In this document: piece after piece, positions 59,736-64,000 of the stretch
Layout: each line of letters begins with the position of its first letter
How positions within the stretch are numbered: the first letter of the stretch is position 1
From: a virus
DNA: 64,000 nt
Reading direction: 5' to 3' (one strand)
Virus record (IMG/VR): IMGVR_UViG_3300027816_000056
Made by a program: the position numbers and the translations under genes
Notes under the pieces: generated by a model
Database searches by the model: none
The model's input: only the letters and a program-made list of their open reading frames with translations
What the model was told of the DNA's origin: nothing

Positions 59736-60670
59736 AACATTCCCATTTTGAGTTGCATTAACCGTTCAAACGTTAATACATCAGTATCTTGTATAATATT
59801 GTTAATTTGTTGAAATCCTAATTCTGATGCATCAGCATCTTGCAATTCTATAAAATATACATTAAGACCTTCAGCCATAAATCGTTCAGCAATTTGAATG
59901 GCATTCTTAAGTGCATCAGCATCTAGACAAATATAAATGTCTCGTACGCGTTGTTCAATAATTTTTTTCTGAAGTGTGGATTGAATTATTTTACCAAACA
60001 AAGGAATTGCATTACGTTTAATTGCAATTGCATCAAAAGCTCCTTCGCAAAGAATGATTGGCTGTGACCAATTAACGAAAAGATCAAAACCAATTATGTC
60101 TTTTGAAATTTTTGGATTTTTATGTTTTTGTGTATCTGATTTATAAAATGCTCTACTTACAAAATAATTTAATTGACCGTTACAATCATAACTAGGAATA
60201 ATTATTTTTCCAGAATATTCTCCGGTTTCACAATATCCAATTCTATATTTAATGATATCAAATATAGTTACTCCTCTATTTTTAAGATAATGTATTGCAT
60301 TTCTATAGTCCGGAGTAGTTTTAGGTAACCATAATGGTTTATAATCTTTTGGAAGTTGTATTGTTTCTGTTTTAACATCAGCATCTTTAGTAACACGATA
60401 TCGAGTTGATTCAATGATACGTCCTAGTTGTTCAAACTTTTCTTTAGGAAGATTTAGTTGTTTAAATAAACTAGAAATAGTACGACCTTTACGATCACTA
60501 ATCCAACAATGCCATACATTTTCTCCTTGAGAATTTGTATTGATGTTTATTTCTAATTTAGGTTTGTAATGTGAAACAAATGGTGAGAAAAATGCTACGT
60601 TATCTCCAGAAGTAGTTTTACCTTTACCAAGTACTGATTCTAATAACTGAAGTAACTTAATATGTTTCAT
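59726..60670 (-). CDS. DNA primase (gp61/DnaG-like)
   Basis: YL..RG, IIIPSY, Toprim CEGAFDA and LDADA. Confidence 0.9.
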   Translation of the reverse strand: MKHIKLLQLLESVLGKGKTTSGDNVAFFSPFVSHYKPKLEININTNSQGENVWHCWISDRKGRTISSLFKQLNLPKEKFEQLGRIIESTRYRVTKDADVKTETIQLPKDYKPLWLPKTTPDYRNAIHYLKNRGVTIFDIIKYRIGYCETGEYSGKIIIPSYDCNGQLNYFVSRAFYKSDTQKHKNPKISKDIIGFDLFVNWSQPIILCEGAFDAIAIKRNAIPLFGKIIQSTLQKKIIEQRVRDIYICLDADALKNAIQIAERFMAEGLNVYFIELQDADASELGFQQINNIIQDTDVLTFERLMQLKMGMLWI

Positions 60671-60736
60671 TACTATTAATATAATGAAATACTAGTATAT
60701 ATCCTAATTAATTATATTAATATATTAATAATATTA

Positions 60737-60859
60737 GTTAGACACATACATTACATTTCTGGTCTAACGATCGATTCAATTTCATACTGAATCAATCTAT
60801 TAATTAAATAAATTTCATTAATCATCAATGAATATATTATTTTTTTATCAAAAATCAAA
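60737..60859 (-). ncRNA. Candidate structured small RNA / origin element
   Basis: TTTG-N19-TATATT promoter (60829-60859) with no following ORF; 12-bp and 7-bp hairpins. Confidence 0.35.
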
Positions 60860-60862
60860 TCT

Positions 60863-61345
60863 TTAAGCAAAAAAAGTTTTAATTGTTTTCGGTTCTTCAC
60901 CTTTTTTCAAACATTCCGCCATCCATTCCGACGGAATTTCTTTTTTTGCAACATGTTTTATTCCTAGTTTCAGCGCATAAGATTCATAAGTAGTTTTACT
61001 GCCTTTTGATATTTTTTGCGTTGGAGATTGAAATACCATACGGATATCTATTCCAGGATTAGATGCTAATACATGTTTCATTTTTAAACGATCTGCACTA
61101 GTCCATCGTCCTTTTGTTTCAACATACATGAATTCACCATTACGTTTTACAAATACAAAATCTGGAGTATATTTTGCTTTACGCTCTGGTACTATGTAAT
61201 TTAATGTTTCAGTTTCATATTTCAAAGGATAGTCAGTAGTTTTAATTTGTTCTGCTACTGTATGTTCTAGTCCTGATTTATATCCGTATTTAAGTGCAGC
61301 TGCACGTTTTGAATTTCCAGATGAATGATAATGATTTTTTGCCAT
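60863..61345 (-). CDS. T7 endonuclease I-like Holliday junction resolvase
   Basis: YKSGLE, YTPDF, VETKGRW...DR.K, DIRMVF, IPSEW. Confidence 0.92.
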   Translation of the reverse strand: MAKNHYHSSGNSKRAAALKYGYKSGLEHTVAEQIKTTDYPLKYETETLNYIVPERKAKYTPDFVFVKRNGEFMYVETKGRWTSADRLKMKHVLASNPGIDIRMVFQSPTQKISKGSKTTYESYALKLGIKHVAKKEIPSEWMAECLKKGEEPKTIKTFFA

Positions 61346-61363
61346 AACTTATTTTGTTTTATT

Positions 61364-62332
61364 TTACATATAATTCCATATGTATTTTTTAGTTACTATT
61401 TCTAATTTTTTAGTTTTTCGATTATACTTCCAAAATTTTGCAGTAAATGTTGACGGCCGATTCCCTTTACGTATGGTATCAATCATAAATTCAACTAGAT
61501 CTCTAATCATTTTTATATTAGCTTTATCATATCGTTTAGCTTGTTTTTCTAACGAAGTTAAAAGTTCCATTTCGTCTTTACGAAATTCCGACTTTAACCA
61601 ATTGGCAGCACCTTCTTCATCATCATTAAATACTCCGCTAAAATTATCGAAATATTCTGCAGGATTTTTTGTAAATACATCATATAAATGTTTTGTATAC
61701 CATTGTATCTTATCATGTACATTATTTAAATAAAGTGCAAATGCAATATCCATTTTAGTTACATTTTTACTAGGTAATGTAGAAACATGTATATGATCAT
61801 AATGATCGGCTGCTTGCCATATATAAGATTTTTTATTTCCACTTTCCCATAAAACATAACCCAATTTTTTAAGTTCTGCTACTAGTAAATTTCCTAATAC
61901 TGTAAATGTTTTTCTATCATCCTGATATGTTATGCCGTTTAATCTACTAATATCAACAGCATTTCCGGTATAATGTCTACTTATATTTCCAGATTCAGTA
62001 TATTTATCATGCCCCGTTCTAGCAAATGTAATTTCAACATTTCCAATATTTGCTGCCTTTACGGCTTTTTTTAAATCTTGAAACAAATTTAAATCAATTT
62101 GATCAGCCTTTGCTTTATTACTTAAAGTCAATCGGCCGGGTTTATTTATTGGATTTTTTATAGGTATATCATCTGTTTTCTTGATATTTGTATCAGTATC
62201 TGTCTTTTTTACATCAGTATCAGTTTTTGGTTTTATAACTGGTTCAGTTTTTACTATAACATCAGTTTTTTTCTTTTTTGCAAAAATAGAATCTAAATTT
62301 GGATCTTGTTCGTATAATATTGAAGTATTCAT
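61364..62332 (-). CDS. Zn metallopeptidase (M15/LAS-type), putative peptidoglycan hydrolase
   Basis: SRHYTGNAVDI (H-x6-D) and HYDHIHV (HxH). Confidence 0.7.
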   Translation of the reverse strand: MNTSILYEQDPNLDSIFAKKKKTDVIVKTEPVIKPKTDTDVKKTDTDTNIKKTDDIPIKNPINKPGRLTLSNKAKADQIDLNLFQDLKKAVKAANIGNVEITFARTGHDKYTESGNISRHYTGNAVDISRLNGITYQDDRKTFTVLGNLLVAELKKLGYVLWESGNKKSYIWQAADHYDHIHVSTLPSKNVTKMDIAFALYLNNVHDKIQWYTKHLYDVFTKNPAEYFDNFSGVFNDDEEGAANWLKSEFRKDEMELLTSLEKQAKRYDKANIKMIRDLVEFMIDTIRKGNRPSTFTAKFWKYNRKTKKLEIVTKKYIWNYM

Positions 62333-62342
62333 GATAATATAT

Positions 62343-63902
62343 CTATTGAATTTTTTGATTTTTATGTTTTATAATCCACTGATGTGTATCTTGTGTAATC
62401 TGATCACGATCTACTTTATTTATATCTATATCACGATTTCCAGATTTATATGCAACAATTACATTAATTAATTCTATTAATTCTTGCATATCGTTATCCC
62501 ATTTGCCGGATGGTGTTTGATTGATAAATTTATCTATAGGATAGTCTTGTTTTCTAGATTCAAAAAATTCTAAATTTGTTGTGAACATTTCGATCATATC
62601 TACTTGTAAACTTCGTATAACATTAGTATCACTATCTTCATAAACCGGACCATCATATGATTTATAATCAACTTGTATTCCGTTTACATATTTATTTTTT
62701 GGTTTATTATTTTCATCCCATAAAATTCCGTTAAATGGTTTATTATTTTTAAAATAACCTTCAAAATATTCGTCAGCTAATACTCGATTTAATTTTCCTT
62801 GTGATAATTGTCCATTTCGAATAATACCTGTAAATTGATGTGTTGGTAATCCATCTGGTGTTTCTTGTCGATTACCAGTTTTTATATCTAATTGTAATGG
62901 TAAATTATTTGCATTTCCATTATTTAAATCTATAATATTTATAGCATAATATCCAATCTGATCAGATCCATATTTAAATTTTGAACGTTCATTTGTAGAC
63001 TTAAATGACCCATCATATATAATAATCGTCGTCGGATCTGTAAGTATTAATTTACCATCTAACGGTATATTATTTTTAGTATCAAAATTTCCATAAAATT
63101 GAATTTTAGATATAGTTCGACTCCATATATTTTTTGATAATTGGACTGTTAATGGATCTGATTCTGATACCAATATTGTATCTGGAATTTTTAATAATTC
63201 CTCTGGAGTTTGTAAATCAGCTGTTGATATTTTTTTATTAATTGTTTTTAATTGTACTAACCACTCATATGCTTTTTTATATCTCGTTGCATCTATAAAA
63301 GTTTTATCGATAATTGATGTAACTGGTTTTAAATTAATCAAATCTATAATTCTATTGGCTGATAGATGTGGAGTATTATTAGCTAATGGTAAAGCACCGC
63401 TAGATACAGTAACTTCTGGATATATCGATTGAATTCCACCACTAGGTAATCCTAATGCAACATTGTATTGTCCAGATTTACTTTTAGTTACACTAGATTT
63501 ATATATCCACATTAATTCTTCAATATAATTTTTAGGTAATATCCAATAATTATATAAATAATTTTTTTTTGAATCACGTTGATCTGCAGAACGAATGAAT
63601 AAATAATTACCGTTTAAAAAACGTTGCAATGTTTGATTTTGATTGATTCGTTGAGCAATTGCCTTTTCTACACTTTGTTTACTAGCTAGTTCTCCATTTC
63701 TTCTTTTAGCAATTGCTTTTAATTGAAATCCAGCTACAGCGCCTGCATCTTGAGCTTCTGCTATATCAGCTGATCGCAATCCGGTTTTAATAATTACCGT
63801 AATAACTTGCGTACTTGTTTTTGGTACAGCAGCTGTTGGTTGCAGATTTGATTGCTCTAATAATAATTTTCGTATAATTTGTTCTATCATGATGCGTTTC
63901 AT
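62343..63902 (-). CDS. Hypothetical protein with MORN-like repeats, putative virion protein
   Basis: FTGIIRNGQLSQG, FEGYFKNNKPFNG, YVNG; leader IIRKLLLE; late motif at 63908-63917. Confidence 0.6.
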   Translation of the reverse strand: MKRIMIEQIIRKLLLEQSNLQPTAAVPKTSTQVITVIIKTGLRSADIAEAQDAGAVAGFQLKAIAKRRNGELASKQSVEKAIAQRINQNQTLQRFLNGNYLFIRSADQRDSKKNYLYNYWILPKNYIEELMWIYKSSVTKSKSGQYNVALGLPSGGIQSIYPEVTVSSGALPLANNTPHLSANRIIDLINLKPVTSIIDKTFIDATRYKKAYEWLVQLKTINKKISTADLQTPEELLKIPDTILVSESDPLTVQLSKNIWSRTISKIQFYGNFDTKNNIPLDGKLILTDPTTIIIYDGSFKSTNERSKFKYGSDQIGYYAINIIDLNNGNANNLPLQLDIKTGNRQETPDGLPTHQFTGIIRNGQLSQGKLNRVLADEYFEGYFKNNKPFNGILWDENNKPKNKYVNGIQVDYKSYDGPVYEDSDTNVIRSLQVDMIEMFTTNLEFFESRKQDYPIDKFINQTPSGKWDNDMQELIELINVIVAYKSGNRDIDINKVDRDQITQDTHQWIIKHKNQKIQ

Positions 63903-63919
63903 ATATTAATAAATATCCG

Positions 63920-64000
63920 TTACCAATCAACCATTACCAAATTTCCGTTCCAACTCATTACATTATCAGATCGAAAATCTAAATCTAAATCAAATTCTGG
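63920..64000 (-). CDS. C-terminal fragment of a protein-kinase-like protein
   Basis: Hand translation PEFDLDLDFRSDNVMSWNGNLVMVDW*: DxxxxN catalytic loop and a DFG-like DW. Confidence 0.55.
   Translation of the reverse strand, partial: PEFDLDLDFRSDNVMSWNGNLVMVDW

Noticed and set aside
308-62471. All other plus-strand and short nested minus-strand ORFs in the track
   Set aside because: They overlap well-supported minus-strand genes and show no recognisable motifs or expression signals.
3683-63917. TATAAATA on the plus strand as canonical T4 late promoters
   Set aside because: No plus-strand genes exist; the sites sit just upstream of minus-strand starts, so the functional orientation is probably the reverse.
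1-64000. Stop-codon reassignment, introns/inteins, tRNA genes
   Set aside because: Core genes are full length in the standard code with all three stops used, no insertions were evident, and no tRNA-like sequence was seen in the few intergenic gaps (by eye only).

Overview
AT-rich 64 kb segment of a large myovirus with T4-like ('Far-T4'-type) morphogenesis genes. The host is probably Bacteroidota, judged from a Bacteroidota-like bS21 and TTTG-N18-20-TATATT promoters. Every credible gene is on the minus strand. In transcription order (right to left): kinase fragment, putative virion proteins, T7-type endonuclease I, primase, fused Mre11-Rad50, a multi-enzyme NTase/RNase/ligase-like protein, terminase, portal, prohead protease, bS21, scaffold, major capsid, PhoH, neck, tail fibres, three Gly-rich adhesin paralogues, sheath, tube, frameshifted tail chaperone, tape measure, baseplate, an atypical family-A polymerase, a putative virion nuclease, SSB, RecA, 5' nuclease, helicase, class II RNR, and FolE/QueD. 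Most unusual signals: (1) a [ST]-[GAS]-S tripeptide concentrated in predicted surface-exposed parts of virion proteins (candidate glycosylation/modification sequon); (2) a repeated GATATTTATA late-promoter-like motif that is the reverse complement of the T4 late promoter; (3) a +1/-2 frameshift in the tail chaperone; (4) a PolA with His at the steric gate; (5) putative protease-processed, head-packaged enzymes. All assignments come from motif recognition by eye; no database searches were run and counts are hand counts.
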